A stretch of 64,000 nucleotides of DNA from Oikopleura dioica. Lineage: Eukaryota > Animalia > Chordata. Positions 21,390 to 33,910 of the stretch are shown here, piece after piece. The translations under genes and the position numbers were made by a program. The notes under the pieces are model-generated. The model saw only the letters and a program-made list of their open reading frames with translations, was not told where the DNA came from and ran no database searches. The stretch's first letter is position 1, and the number at the start of each line of letters is the position of its first letter. The stretch spans positions 4,960,001 through 5,024,000 of the forward strand of contig OU015567.1 in NCBI GenBank assembly GCA_907165135.1. Direction: 5' to 3'.

Positions 21390-24300
21390 TCAAGAATGAG
21401 TTGAATTGTGTAAGCTTGGGGATGAAGATACCAAACCTCTTTTTCCATGTTTCCGAATCTTTCATTCACGAGTTTCAGTTTCACGTCAGCGTCTTCGATA
21501 ACGTTGCTTTGGGTTTGATTGAAGATGGGACTGATGTATTCGTAAGAAACGTAGTACGGGTGCTTCAGAAAGATTCGGATAACTTGAAAAAAAACATTGA
21601 TTTTTGATTCGAAAAGATTTAACGACTCCCCCCCCCGTCAGGTTTTTTCAAAAAATCAAATTTCGGAATTTTAAAATTTGCCCAAATTTTGGCAAAAATA
21701 TTGATTTTTCTTGGTCAAAAAGTCCTTTGATCAGGTTTTTAAAGCAAGTTTAACCTGTAGACACATTAAGAACCAAAAATATGGCGTTTTTAAAAATTTT
21801 CATTTTTCGAAGGAAAAAGCTGACGGGGGTTGGGGGGGGGGTCCTTAAAGTTAGGTACCTGGAGAGTGTTCGGCGAGATCGGTGTTTTGAAGGATGTACT
21901 GGTCTTTTTCGACTCTGTCCAGCGTCATTTGGTGGAAAATTAATTCGCCAGTAGGATATAAATAAGCACCGGTGACAGTTGCAGGGCGAGTGAAGGTAAA
22001 TTTTTCGTTGAGAGTTACTGAAAAAGAGAAAATACCTTGACCATTGTCTGACGAAAAAAATGTTTTACCTGATTCGTATTTACAAATTGACTTGATGGGT
22101 CTTTTTTCTTTTTTTCTGCGACTAGTTCTTAAAATTTCCCAGCCACTTTTCATCAGGTAAGTTTTTTGGCAAACTCGTTGAAGAAGAATTTCAATTTCAT
22201 TTTCTTGAAACTCTTTTTCTTTTTCGTTTGGATTCAAGTTCAGTCCAGCCATACTTCGAGGAAATATAATCATCGTCAAAGTTGGGAGAACACATTCAAT
22301 TGTGTAAAAATTGTCTTCATCGCTGTAATCAAGGTCTTCTTTCATCGCGTGTCGAAGAAGCGTTGTGACGGAAATTGGAACACAAAGTTCAGAGTTGCAA
22401 ATTTGGCTTTATTTTTGCTGAGCTGAGCTGAGCTGCCCTGAGTGAGAAATTCTCTGAGCTGAGCTGAGCTGAGCTGGCCTATTTCGGAGCTCACTAAGCT
22501 GAGCTGAGCTGAGCTGGCCATTTTCAGAGGTCATTGAGCTGAGCTGAGCTGAGCAGACCTTTTTTAAGGTAGTTGAGCTGAGTTGAGCAGACCCTAATTA
22601 GAGCTGAGCTGAGCTGAGTGAGCTTGGTTGAGCTGTTTTTTAATGTTTTTTTTAGTAGTGAAATTCTGTTAAAATCATTGAGCTGACTCAGCTGAGCTAA
22701 GCTGAGCTGAATGATACTTGTCTGAGCTGAGCAGAACAGATCATGTTCGAGAATAATTGAGCTGAGCTGAGCTGAGCTGAGTGATTAATGTCTGAGCTGA
22801 GCTAAGCAGATAAATTCATTTTCAAAAATCAGTGAGCTTAGCTGAGCTGAGCGACTGCTCAGCTCACTTAGCCAGCTCAGCTCACTCAGCTCAGCAAATT
22901 TGCAACTCTGACAAAGTTGACTATCTTTTTGGTCAAAGACATTTTTTGTGAGATTTTTCATTCGTTTTTGGAGGCATTTTGTGGCGTTTCGCTTCAAACT
23001 GGACATTTTGCAAGATTGAGTCAAATTTTGATCATCCAGGCAATAAATGGTTGAAGCGTCTTTGAGGGAGATTATTTTTTTGACTTCGGCGAAGAATTTC
23101 TGATAAGAAGAACATCTTTTAGGATTCAAATCTCTTATCGACGATGCTCCGCAATTCTTATAAAAAGAAAATTTCGCATAATTTTCATCATGAAAAAAAT
23201 TCTTACCTTGATTATTTGATCGATCTCTTCTCGCTCATCATCATCTATTGGCTGGTAAAGAAGAGCCCAAGAAGTTTTCCAATCGCAAAATAAAAAATAA
23301 TAGATATTATCATCTCTATAACCTCCTCCATTTGTTATTTGACCATGAACAGTGAATCCTGGTGAGCCAGCAGCTTCAAAATTTGAAATTACAAATAATA
23401 TGTAATTGAAATTTTTTTAAGGGGGTGGTGGTCGAGAATTATATAATGATTATTAATTTTTGGCGTTAGATTACAGTTAGTCCATGAAATAACATATAAT
23501 ATTTCTCGAGCAATCTATTTCTAGCGTAAAAACCTTGTTGGAGGCAAATCAGCTTCAAAGAAGAGCGAAAAATGACCAAAAATCGGAAAAAGTCGACTAA
23601 GAAATAGCTAAAAACACGATTTCAGGTCGACTTTGACCCTCGATTTAGCCATTTTTTCGGGAGACACTGAATTGTGCCGCCCTGCGCCGCCTTGCGCCGC
23701 CCTGCGCCGCCGAGCGTCGCCCGGTCTCGCCGGATCCGAAGATATTTCGTCTTTCAAAAGCGGTTAACTCAGATATTCATGTCAACTTAGTAATTCTGAC
23801 ATATTTATATTGTCTTAAAATTAAAAAAAGGTAAACCTATAATTAGGGTGCAAGTAGAGTAATTCTCAACAAAACTCAGATTTTGGCATAAAATCACTAA
23901 TTAATTGAGCACGCGACGGGCCAGAGGCCCTTACGCGCGCATTTTCTGGTAGAGAAATCCTTGGGTTGGCGGGGCCCAACTCTCGCTCTTGTACAGAATT
24001 CTTTCTTAGGTCATGGTTGGGTCCGTTGAGAGCCGGGTGGTTTCGGACCGGGCGACGCTGGGCGGCGCAGGGCGGCGCAGGGCGGCGCAGGGCGGCGCAA
24101 GGCGGCGCAGGGCGGCACAATTCAGTACCCCCCATTTTTTCATTAAAATTTTTTTCTAAAACCTAGCCGCTCACACAATTTCAACCCTTTTTAACTTATT
24201 CTGATTGAGAACAAAAAAAAATTTTTCTGAAAAAATTGAGTTTTTTAGGTTGAAAAAATCCTAATTCTCGACCACCACCCCCTTAAAAGCTTACCAAGTG

Positions 24301-25410
24301 CAGACCAGTGTTTGTATTTCGATCCTCTTCTCGTGTATCCCATTTTTCTGTAGCCACTTCTTCCAGTTACTTCCATTACGAGCCCGAAGTCTATTATCTT
24401 CGCGACTCCATCAACAAGCACGAGATTTTCCAATTTCCGATCTTGATGGGAGATTCCACATTTCGGCCACAAATATTCAAATCCATCCAAAATTCCATTC
24501 GAAATCTTCTTTCTTTCTTCAAGATTTATTTTTTCTTCCTTCAGCAACTTTCTCAAATTTACTCCAGCTTTTTCCATTATCGTTATCCATCCCAAACAAT
24601 CTCGCTTTTCTTCATCTTTTTCGTGAAACAACTCAATATTTACAAAGTTGCGGATAACGTTTTGATGGAGGGGGATTTGATGGTGATTTGATCGTGATTC
24701 TTTCTCTTCCGCTGGCTTGAAATCTTTAAAAATATTAAAAACCAGAAAAAACCGGGTAAACCAATTTTTGGAACAAATTTTTGTGGAAAGGGTTTTGATT
24801 GGCCGGCAGGCCAAATACAGCAATCTTATTGGTTATCAAAAATTTACTTCCGAAAATTGGTTTAGTCCGAAAAAACAATAATTATTGACCTTTCGAGAGA
24901 TGGATTTCGACACAAATACCCTCATCTTCGAATTTCTCCGTAAAAAGAAACGGATCAAAAACTTGCACTCGCACGGCGACTTCAAATCTGTCAAAATCAT
25001 ATTTGAGAACAATTGCTTCTCCGCCTTTTGAAATCATTTTCGCCTCCAAATCATCAGGCAACTTCCATTCTCCAGTTTCTTGCTTGATTTCCCAGCGTCC
25101 GATTTTCGACCCGAGAAGAGTTTTTTCATTTTCGAGAATCAGTTTTTGAAATTTGGTCGTCTTGAAATCTTCTAGTTTCTTTCCACGTTGGTTAAAAATT
25201 GCTCCGCTGCCTCCTTTTTCAAATTTGACCGATTGCCACCAAAAAGAATTTGCATCATCTTCAAAATAAAGTCTCTCGACAGATTCGAGCAATCGGCATT
25301 TCTGAGTCCTTGTAGTTGTTCTTTTTAGTTTTCGAAGGAAATTATTCACCCAAGCCTCAATTTTTTCTTTGTTGAGCTCATCAGGATAAGAGGCTATATC
25401 TATATCGTTT
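21390..25410 (-). CDS. Atypical protein kinase with a long C-terminal domain, interrupted by a hAT insertion; 5' end unresolved
   Basis: Motifs SKGGEAIV, VAVRVQVFDP, HQDRKLEN, KIIDFG, ALAAGSPGF. Downstream exons lead to FDQKDSQLC|VPISVTTLLRHAM...PRSMAGLNLNP..., and the last exon ends with TGA at 21392-21390. Confidence 0.85.
21623..21844. mobile_element. TTAA-flanked Kolobok-like MITE, same family as 11981-12311
   Basis: Flanked by TTAA on both sides. The right end matches the reverse complement of the 11981 left end over more than 60 bp. Intronic. Confidence 0.75.
22390..22910. mobile_element. Non-autonomous hAT element with (AGCTG)n subterminal repeats, copy 1
   Basis: 15-bp TIR CAGAGTTGCAAATTT; exact 8-bp TSD ACAAAGTT (22382-22389 and 22911-22918). 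Confidence 0.95.
23421..24282. mobile_element. TTAA-flanked TIR element (Kolobok-like) filling a kinase intron
   Basis: TTAA|GGGGGTGGTGGTCGAGAATTA ... TAATTCTCGACCACCACCCCC|TTAA, perfect 21-bp TIR. It occupies 862 of the 921 nt of the intron. Confidence 0.88.
23666..24126. mobile_element. GC-rich TIR element with (GCGCCGCCCT)n arms, nested in 23421-24282
   Basis: ACTGAATTGTGCCGCCCTGCGCCGCCTTGCG... and its reverse complement at the right end. No clear TSD. Confidence 0.8.
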
Positions 25411-26399
25411 ATCTACAAGAAAGATTAATTTTCATGACAATTGGTTGAGAAATTTTGTGAAAAATGTCATTTGAAGGAAACTGGCTGTTTTCAGATAAAT
25501 CCTCTTTGACTATTGTTTTCAGTTTTTGTATGTTTCGAGAAGTGAGTTTAAGGGGGTAGTCCTCGCTTTTGAAAAAATCGGAATTTTCAAATTTTCTGAG
25601 CAGATTCTGAAAGCTCGTTAGAAGAGCAAAAATTTTGTGTTGATCATTTTTTCCAAATGTAAGAGGAAAAACCCCAAAATCGCACTTGAAAAGTGAGATT
25701 TTGATGAAAAATTTCAAAAACTCGAATTTTTTTGTTAATTTTATCCATAGATATAGCTTTATTTCGATTTTAAATGACCTATTAAAAATCATTAATAAAA
25801 TTTCTATTATTAGGATAATTTAGTAAAAATCTTCCTTAAAAACTATTTTTTCAAGATTTTGAGACCCAACCTTTGATTGATGGCATTATATTATGACTTT
25901 TTGGAATATATTAATTTCCCTCAATTCAAACCTAGACGAAAGTATGATCTTACAAAAAATTCAATTAGTTTAATTTTTTGAAATATCCTCTTGATTTTAG
26001 GCGCGTTTCAAAATAGGCCAAAATGGCGATTTTGCCCGGACTAGGTTCGATTATCGTCCTCTAACTCCTTAAGCGGGCGAATAAAATTATTTTCCTTGAA
26101 TTCAATCTTTCATCAGGGTTCGACCTTTCTATTCGTAGAGTTTTTATCACTCAACCCCAGCGCAAATTTGTGGGAGCGCTGTTCAAAAAGTGCCGAGATC
26201 GCAAAAGCAGGGACTACCTCTTTTAGGATTACAAATCTTTTGAATCTTTGAAAAATCTTGATCCGTTCAGATTTTATGGCAAAATTTTTCATAAAAAATT
26301 TGGTCTCTGATATCGAAAATGGGTTCAAAAAGGTTCAAATTATGTGGGCGAATAAGTTTAAGAAAAAATTTCTTTATGTTTAATTAGCCACAAATTTTT

Positions 26400-26560
26400 T
26401 GCGAGCTTTACCTTTTTGACTTCTTCCTTTTCTTTAATTTTTTCTTCCGCAACTGTTGCTTCTTGGGCTGGTTCTTCGGGAATTTTTTCGGGAGCTTCTA
26501 CCTCAGCAGCTGGTTCTTCTGTAGGTTTTTCGGGGGTTTCTTCTTGAACAGGGTTTTTAA
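26400..26560 (-). CDS. Glu/Pro-rich exon of an unresolved gene
   Basis: Open frame KNPVQEETPEKPTEEPAAEVEAPEKIPEEPAQEATVAEEKIKEKEEVKK ending at a GTAAAG donor. Confidence 0.5.
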
Positions 26561-26862
26561 GGAATAAAACATGGTTTCTCTTTTTGTAAAGAATTCTCTA
26601 TAATTTATAGACTATAAAGCTAAAAACACTTTTTTTTCAGTCAAGAAGCGGTTTGCCCTTAAAAGCTTCCTTTAAGGCAGTAACGCTTCCTCTTAATTTT
26701 TTTTTACGATTCAATTCATAATAATTTATTTGCAGGTGATAGAACCATTAACGATAAACGAGCAGTGAAAGTTACAGAAGGAATGTGTTCAGCAACAGGG
26801 CGTCAGAGTCGTGAACCGGTCCAGGCGAAATGAGCGGGAAGATACCAGTCCAACCATCCAAC

Positions 26863-27458
26863 CAGAGTTGCAAATTTTGATCAATTTTTCTGAGCTGAGC
26901 TGAGCAGACCTGAGAAAAATTTTCTCTGTGCTGAGCTGGCCTATTTTGGAGGTTTCTGAGCTGAGCTGAGCTGAGCTGGCCTTTTTCAGAGGTCATTGAG
27001 CGGAGCTGAGCTGAGCAAACCTTTTGTTTAAGAGAATTGAGCTGAACTTAGCTGAGCGGACCCTATTTAGAGCTGAGCTGAGCTGATTGAGCTGAGCTGA
27101 GCTGAGCTGAGCGGACCCTAATTAGAGCTGAGCTGATTGAGCTGAGCTGAGCGGACCCTAATTAGAGCTGAGCTGAGCGGACCCTAATTAGAGCTGAGCT
27201 GAGCTGATTGAGCTGAGCTGAGCTGTTGTTTACTGGTTTTTGGTAGTCAAATTGTATTCATATGATTGAGCTGAGCTGAGCAGATGATGTTCGAAGATAA
27301 TTGTGCTGAGCTGAGCTGAGCTGAGTGAAAATGGTCTCAGCTGAGCTGAGCTGAGCAGTTCAGATCATCATCAAAATCACTGAGCTTAGCTGAGCTGAGC
27401 GACTGCTCAGCCCACACAGCCAGCTCAGCTCACTCAGCTCAGCAAATTTGCAACTCTG
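26863..27458. mobile_element. Non-autonomous hAT element with (AGCTG)n repeats, copy 2
   Basis: Same TIR as copy 1; different exact 8-bp TSD CATCCAAC (26855-26862 and 27459-27466). Confidence 0.95.
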
Positions 27459-29357
27459 CATCCAACGACCACAGCAAACCGACTGCAGCATCGAAACGAG
27501 TCGGGTCCGTGGACCACTCGCGCTTTATAGAACTTTTTTAAAAATTGAATTTGGAGAGCTTTTACTTTTTGAACTTTCGTTCCTAGGTTAATCTTGCTTA
27601 AAAACTTGACCAGAGGAAGTTTTAACCAAAAAAAAAATCAATATTTTTGCCAAAATAAGGGCAAATTTTTTTTATGGACGGTGGCTCTTGTGAGACAAGG
27701 TGACGCAGTCCAATAAGGCTTTTCAATAATTGTAAGTTGCCCGGTATTTTTGCTATTTTCATCTGATTCGATAACAAGGGCTTTTTATAATTAGCTGGGT
27801 TGTGTCATCAAAGCCCGAAATTGGCACTAGAAGGGTCGAATTCCGACGAGATCACCCGATCAAGATCGCGGGAAGCATTTCGCGTTGCGCCCGACGAGCG
27901 ACTTCTAAAAATTGAAATCAAATTTGAGACTTACTACATTTCACACAAATTTGCGATTGCGCGATTCTAGCAGCAATTTTTTTTTGAAAAAAATTTTTTA
28001 CAACAAAAATGGCCAAAATCTGAATTCTTAATTTTTTTTTCAAAGAAATTCGAAACCCACAAAAACATGAATTAAAAGCTGATTATTTCGGCGGAACGTA
28101 AATTATATAATTCTCATTCCAAAATTTCCCATTTCTCCTTTTTTGGCGCCTTCAATTCTGACGCCATCAAATAAAAAATGGTCTAATTGAACCTGTTTTT
28201 GTCAATGTTCTTGTTCTTTGAATGTCTGCGCGGCCTGACCTTACGATAATTATTTGTTGTCGAAAAGGAGTCAACGTGAGAGGAAAGAGGGATGAAAACG
28301 CAGAATATTGTTTCGCGGGTTTGCTTATTTGTGCAGTTAACCCCACACGTTCGAAGAGCTATTTCTGCCGAAAAGACCTACTTCTGAAAATTTCAGTTGA
28401 AAAGTAACCTGAGTAAATAAAAGGGCGTAAACGAAAATTTCAAGAAAGAAACTTGCCAAACAAAGATGATCGGATGAGTTGCAATTTTGGAATCTTGATT
28501 AATTTCGATGGAAATTCAGATTACTGAAAAACGAGACCTTCTATGAGAAAGATTTTTGTAGATTATCAAAAGATTTTTCTCAATAGACAGTTTAAGAAAA
28601 ATTTCGAGCGTTCAAATGAAAAAGTTTTAAGAACAAATCTTGTTACAAAAGAGATATTCAATGAATTCTAGAGCTCTAATCATCCGGTCGCCTTTTGATA
28701 AAATTTTTTGAGAGACTTTGATCGCTGATCATGGATTCAATTGAACAATTTTCGATCAAAAGAGACATTTTTTTTAGAAATTTCCTGACTTTGAGATCTT
28801 AGATGCGGTTTAAAATTGAGCAATTTTTCGATAAAAAAAGGATGATTTCAATTCATAATTGAGGAAGGAATACGTATTTGATAAGCATAATTCCGGTTTC
28901 AATAATTATCAAAATGAAGATTAGCTACGGTAGTTGATTGAGCAGAGCAAGAAATGTAAGGTTTTCCAGAAGCCTTGTTTTTTCACACTTATTGATGGAA
29001 TACTTCTTTTTGTTAAGTTTTTAGGTTTCTTGTAAAAAATTGCAGTTACACGTATTTTATTATAATCCCAACGGGGCGCTTAAAATCGCCTAATCCAAAG
29101 ATCACTGCTCGCCAGGCTAATTCTCGTGTTGCCTTTTTGTTTGGGATTAGACATCGCTACCGGTAGCGTCCACGTTATCCCCCTTTTAAGGTACTCAACT
29201 TAATCACCGCCTTTCGGGGAAAAACAAGAAACGAAAAATGCCATCAATTTTTTTCGGCTGTAACTTTCGACGGGAAATCATGTCTTTAAGGCTCGACCAC
29301 GCGGTTCTTAAAAAAGAACAAGGATGAAGACAGGGAAGAAAATTTATTTTGACTGAC

Positions 29358-29497
29358 CGCGGTTTTTCGTGGTTCTTCGCGGCTTTTCGCGGTTTTTCGC
29401 GGTTCTTCGCGGTTTTTCGCGGTTTTTCGCGGTTCTTCGCGGTTCTTCGCGGTTTTTCGCGGTTTTTCGCGGTTCTTCGCGGTTCTTCGCGGTTTTC
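29358..29497. repeat. 10-bp tandem repeat (TCGCGGTT(T/C)T)
   Basis: Directly visible. A related 10-bp periodic array lies at 50890-51070. Confidence 0.9.
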
Positions 29498-29757
29498 GTG
29501 AAAAATATTTGCTTCGAAGGATGTTTTCTTTTATGATTCCTTTCTAGCGCCAACGACTCATTTTTCTCCTGTTTACTCATTTCCTCCGATGCGCTCTTGA
29601 ACAAGTGAGTCATAAATTCGAACAATAATCAGCGCGCGAAAAAGCTCCATCGTGGAAGATGCAGCGTCGTTTTTCGACCACGTGGCCTTCTGAAAAATTC
29701 TATAAAAGCTCGCTCCTAGCTGCCATTTTTCATAAAAACAGAAAAGTAAAAAACAAG

Positions 29758-30493
29758 ATGGGACTCTTTTTGAGCCGATTGAAAGAAGCAATGGAGGAGT
29801 GGAACATTCTCGGAGCAGGAAGGTCGGCAAAAGTGGCGATGATTGGACTCGATAATGCTGGAAAAACGACGATTTTATACAAGGTACAGTCGATTTTGAA
29901 GTAAAATTGAAAAAAGGGATATCAAGGTGAGACCCTTAATGATAAAGTTTATTAAGAAAAATCTCTAGAAATCATTTTCTATTCAGCTAAAACTGCAAGA
30001 AACAGTCTCCTCCGTCCCAACAATCGGATTCAACGTCGAAACGCTCGACATCGCCCCTGGTCTAGAAATGACAGTTTGGGACATTGGCGGTCAGGATGTG
30101 ATCAGACCTCTCTGGAGACATTACTACCAAAATCTCGACGGAATCATCTGGATCGTCGATTCCCAAGATCACGAGCGATTCGACCAGAGCTTTCAGGAGT
30201 TTCAAAATGTACTCAACGACGAGAATTTACCACGAGGAGATTTGCCGATCTTGATTTTTGCGAACAAACAAGATCTTCCCGGAGCAGCAGCTCCTGAAAA
30301 GGTAGCGTTTTTTTTAACAAAATCATTGGCTAAAATTATCTTTCAGATTACCCGGCAATTCGGTCTTTTGAACATGCGTCGAGAAAATTGGCATGTTCAA
30401 GGGTCAAATGCTGTCAACGGCGATGGCCTTATTGAAGGAATGGACATTTTCGCAAAGATGGTCAAAGATCACGTGAAAAATTCAAGACATTGA
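29758..30493 (+). CDS. ADP-ribosylation factor (Arf/Arl) family small GTPase
   Basis: Exons 29758-29883, 29987-30301 and 30347-30493. Motifs MGLFLS (myristoylation type), GLDNAGKT, PTIGFNVE, WDIGGQ, WRHYY, FANKQDL. Subfamily not assignable by eye. Confidence 0.96.
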
Positions 30494-31168
30494 AAAAATT
30501 TCTGCAAAAAATTTTTCTTCTCAATAAAAAATTGGAACAAATTTTTTTGTTTTTTTTTGTTTTTTTGAACTTTGAAATTTTGAATTTTGATTTTTGAATT
30601 GAACTGAATTCACTTTTCGGAAATTGCTGATTTGTCAAGGAAAGAGATCAAATGATCGATTTCGCACGTGAATTTCAGTAAATTAAAGATAATCGATCTT
30701 CGAGATGTTTTTTGAACGGATCACCCGTCATCTTAGTTTTTTCCGGAAAAAGATGAATCAGCCATTTTTTTCTTTTTACTCAAGCTTTTTTTTGAGCTAG
30801 TTTAAATTTCACGTTTTATCAAAAAATCAAAAATCGAATTTGATCCTTTTGAGAAAAAAACTTGCGGAAATAAAACAAGAGTTCTTCAAAAAAAGATATG
30901 CGGCGCAAATCGATTCTAATCGGCCAGAAATCTCGGGCGAAATCTCTGACTGAGCTGGAAGAAGAACCTCGACACCGGGGAAACACGACCGCAAATGTTC
31001 TACCCATTTCGGGCTTCTTAGACCAGCGAGCTGGTCGGATTTGGACTAATTCCATCTGAAATCGCTTTTCTTTAATCTTTCCTTGTCTATCAAGGAATAC
31101 AGGAGTGTCTATGAGAAAAGAGGGGATCCCCTGTAATATGATGAAGATACGCTTATTCGGGGGAGGAG

Positions 31169-31310
31169 TGTCTGGAACCGACAAAAAAATCGACAAATTT
31201 CGCGTGGAAATTTTCAACCAATCAAAAGCCTGGATTCGGCAAACCGGCCAATCAGCAGCCGAGTAGCCGCCCACGCAAAATTTGTCGAAATTTTTTGTCG
31301 GTTCCAGACA
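31169..31310. mobile_element. MITE family C (double-CCAAT), full copy
   Basis: ~38-bp TIR TGTCTGGAACCGACAAAAAAATCGACAAATTT(C)GCGTGG. The interior has two CCAATCA boxes 30 bp apart. Confidence 0.9.
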
Positions 31311-32099
31311 CCATCCCCATTCCGGCTGCTGATTGGCCGATTTGCCGAATCCAGGCTTCTTATCGGTTGAAAATTTTGACGCGAAATTTTTTAAAAATTT
31401 TTTGTCCTTCTCTTATTGGGTCTCTTTTGACTCTTGAATTTTCGTAAATGAAAGTTTACGGTTTCAAGAATCAGAAAAATTCCGATCGAAAATCAGACGC
31501 ACTTATGCTCAAACAATGTTTGAGACGCAAGAGCATGAACACCTGCCATTTCAATATCTACGAGCATGATTAGATTGCGTGGCGTTTTTTTCATTTTTTG
31601 GAGTCTCGTTCCTCTCAAATTTCCATATGTTCTTATATAATTAGAGCAATCTGCAGAATTGATCACTTTTGACGTTCCAGCGGCTTGTATTCTGGGCCAA
31701 ATTCTGTGAAGCTACGTTTTTCTCACTTTTTGGCACAAAAAAGGATGATTATTAAACACAGATGTTCGTTTATTTTTTGCATTTTCACTTAAAAAATTGT
31801 CATTTAGGGCTAACAGAGGTCCCTTAATAAATTGAGTTTTTTTCGTGTTTTCCGGAAAATATTTTTTATTTTTCCAAAAATCTGCATAATATTCGATGCA
31901 AAATGAATTAAATTTGCGATCACGTGCAGATGAAATTTTCACTTGATTTTGTCATCACTCATGTTGAACCAGTTTCAAGGCGTGGCCAGCTAATGCGACC
32001 AGGCTTGGTTCAAATTTGAGATTCATTTTTCGTCAAATTCCACAACGGCGAATTCACAACAAGCAAGACCGACCCGGTTATTATTTCAGTATAAGCTCA

Positions 32100-33910
32100 G
32101 ATTTCACCTGCATTTACCCGACTTTTACGTGCGTGGTAATTCGAGGATTTGTTTCGCAGCAATAAATTTTTTACGCTGAAAATTTCATTTATTTTTTGAC
32201 AAAGAAAAAAGCAGCAAGAATGAAGAGAAGAAATGAGATATTTATTGAAGTTGCTCCTGAACAGGGCCATTCCTAAAAATGAAAAGTTAGGGTTAAGAGC
32301 CAAAATTTTTAGATGCGGCTTTTCATTTTAGCTCTTCCAAAGCCTGACTCAGGTTTTCTACTCAGGTAGCCGAGCCAAGAACCTGAGTCAGGGCCTTCAA
32401 ATTCTCATTTGAGCTCTTCTACGCCCTGACTCAGATTTTCGAGCCAAAAACGCAACCCAATCCGAAAATCAAGAACCTACCCATTCACAAGTTCCTTGAA
32501 CAGTCACCAGCTCGTTTAGAACTTCCCATTTTCGAAAATTCTTCTTTCCACAAAAATCTAAAAAATTCTCACTTCCCTTTCTTCCTTTTTTCTCTACCTT
32601 TTACTTTTCGATCTCCAGCTGCGCTAACTCTTGCCCAAGCTCGATCAAGATCATCGTTGAATTTCGTGCACCGAGGTTCCCAGACTTTTTTGTATTCTTC
32701 CGCGTCGCATGGGCTCGCCTGAAAACGGCTCAAATTCTTATCTCAAAATAAAATTACGATGAAGCATTTTGAATGCATTTTTCGAGCTTTACTCGCGATT
32801 TGATCCTGATCGACTTTTTGGCAGTACACTTAAAATTTATTATCGTTCAGAGAAATTCGAAAAAGGACTCCTACCATGAGCATTATCGCCTCTATCATGA
32901 TAAGCAAACAAACTTTCCAGATATTTCTGGTCATGATTGCACTCTGATTTCCAATACGGATAATCCATTTTCTAAAAGTTTCAAAAAATGCTTTTCAAAA
33001 ATGCTTTCTATCGAACCTCTTTTCTTGAAAATTCGTCTCTCAATTTGACAAGAAAAATAACAGTTTTTTCGCGATGAGTGAAACTAATTTGGTACAATGA
33101 CAAAAATGACATTTCAAGAGGGTTTATCATTTTACGATCAAGAATTCTCCGTAGATTTTGGAAGCATTTATTTTTTCATGAAGAAAAAAGTAGCAAAAAG
33201 AACAAGAATCATTGAGATATTCATTAAATTTGCTCCAGCGCAAGGCCAGTCCTGAAAATAACGATTAAAATCATGACAAGTTTTCGGACACGTACGTATA
33301 AACAGGGACCTCGTACAGTCACCGCGTCATGTTCAATTTCCCAGTTTTTGACATTTGTTTTTTGACAAAAATCTGAAAAAAGATCTTCTTCAGAAGTTCA
33401 AGTTGATTTCCATACCTTCTTTTCTTCCCTCTTCATTTGCTTTAGCCCAAGCACGGTCAAGATCGTCGTTGAATTTTTTGCATCGAGGGTCCCAGATTTT
33501 CTGGTATTTTTCCTTGTCACATGGGCTCACCTTAATTTTAAAGGGCATCCATCAAAAGAAAAAGGAAAATTACGATGTTGCATTTTTCATGAGTTTTGTA
33601 CGCTTCATATTCGATCCAGTCCTTGTCAAGTTCCTCGCAGTGCACTAAAAATAATTCAAAGAAGATCATCCTCTCCCCCCTTACCCTCCGCAGAAGTATC
33701 CTCCCCTCGATCATGGTAAGCATACATCGATTCAAGCAGCTGTTGTTTCTGCGCGCACTCCAATTGCCACGGGTACGCTTCTCCAGGATTCGAAGGTTTT
33801 TTGGTAGTCATCGAAGGCCCCCACGAATAAACCATCCTCTCTCTCTCTCTATTGATTTGTCAAGACATCGAGGAGTGTTTTCATTAGATACTTTCTTCAC
33901 TGACATTTCA
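32100..33910 (-). CDS. Protein (or tandem paralog pair) made of two homologous Cys/Trp-rich units
   Basis: Unit A: YPWQLEC...ESMYAYHDRG...C...KCNIVSPCDKEKYQKIWDPRCKKFNDDLDRAWA...GLALRWSKFNEYL. Unit B: YPYWKSEC...ESLFAYHDRG...C...KCFIASPCDAEEYKKVWEPRCTKFNDDLDRAWA...GMALFRSNFNKYL. Intron positions match between the units. Confidence 0.75.

Noticed and set aside
22382-22918. hAT insertion as a perfectly spliced new intron (introner-like)
   Set aside because: A GT donor exists in the first TSD, but the frame-restoring 3' boundary ends in TT rather than AG.
22390-27458. (AGCTG)n arrays as CRISPR arrays or satellite DNA
   Set aside because: There are no unique spacers or cas genes. The arrays are bounded by TIRs and 8-bp TSDs, so they are hAT subterminal repeats.
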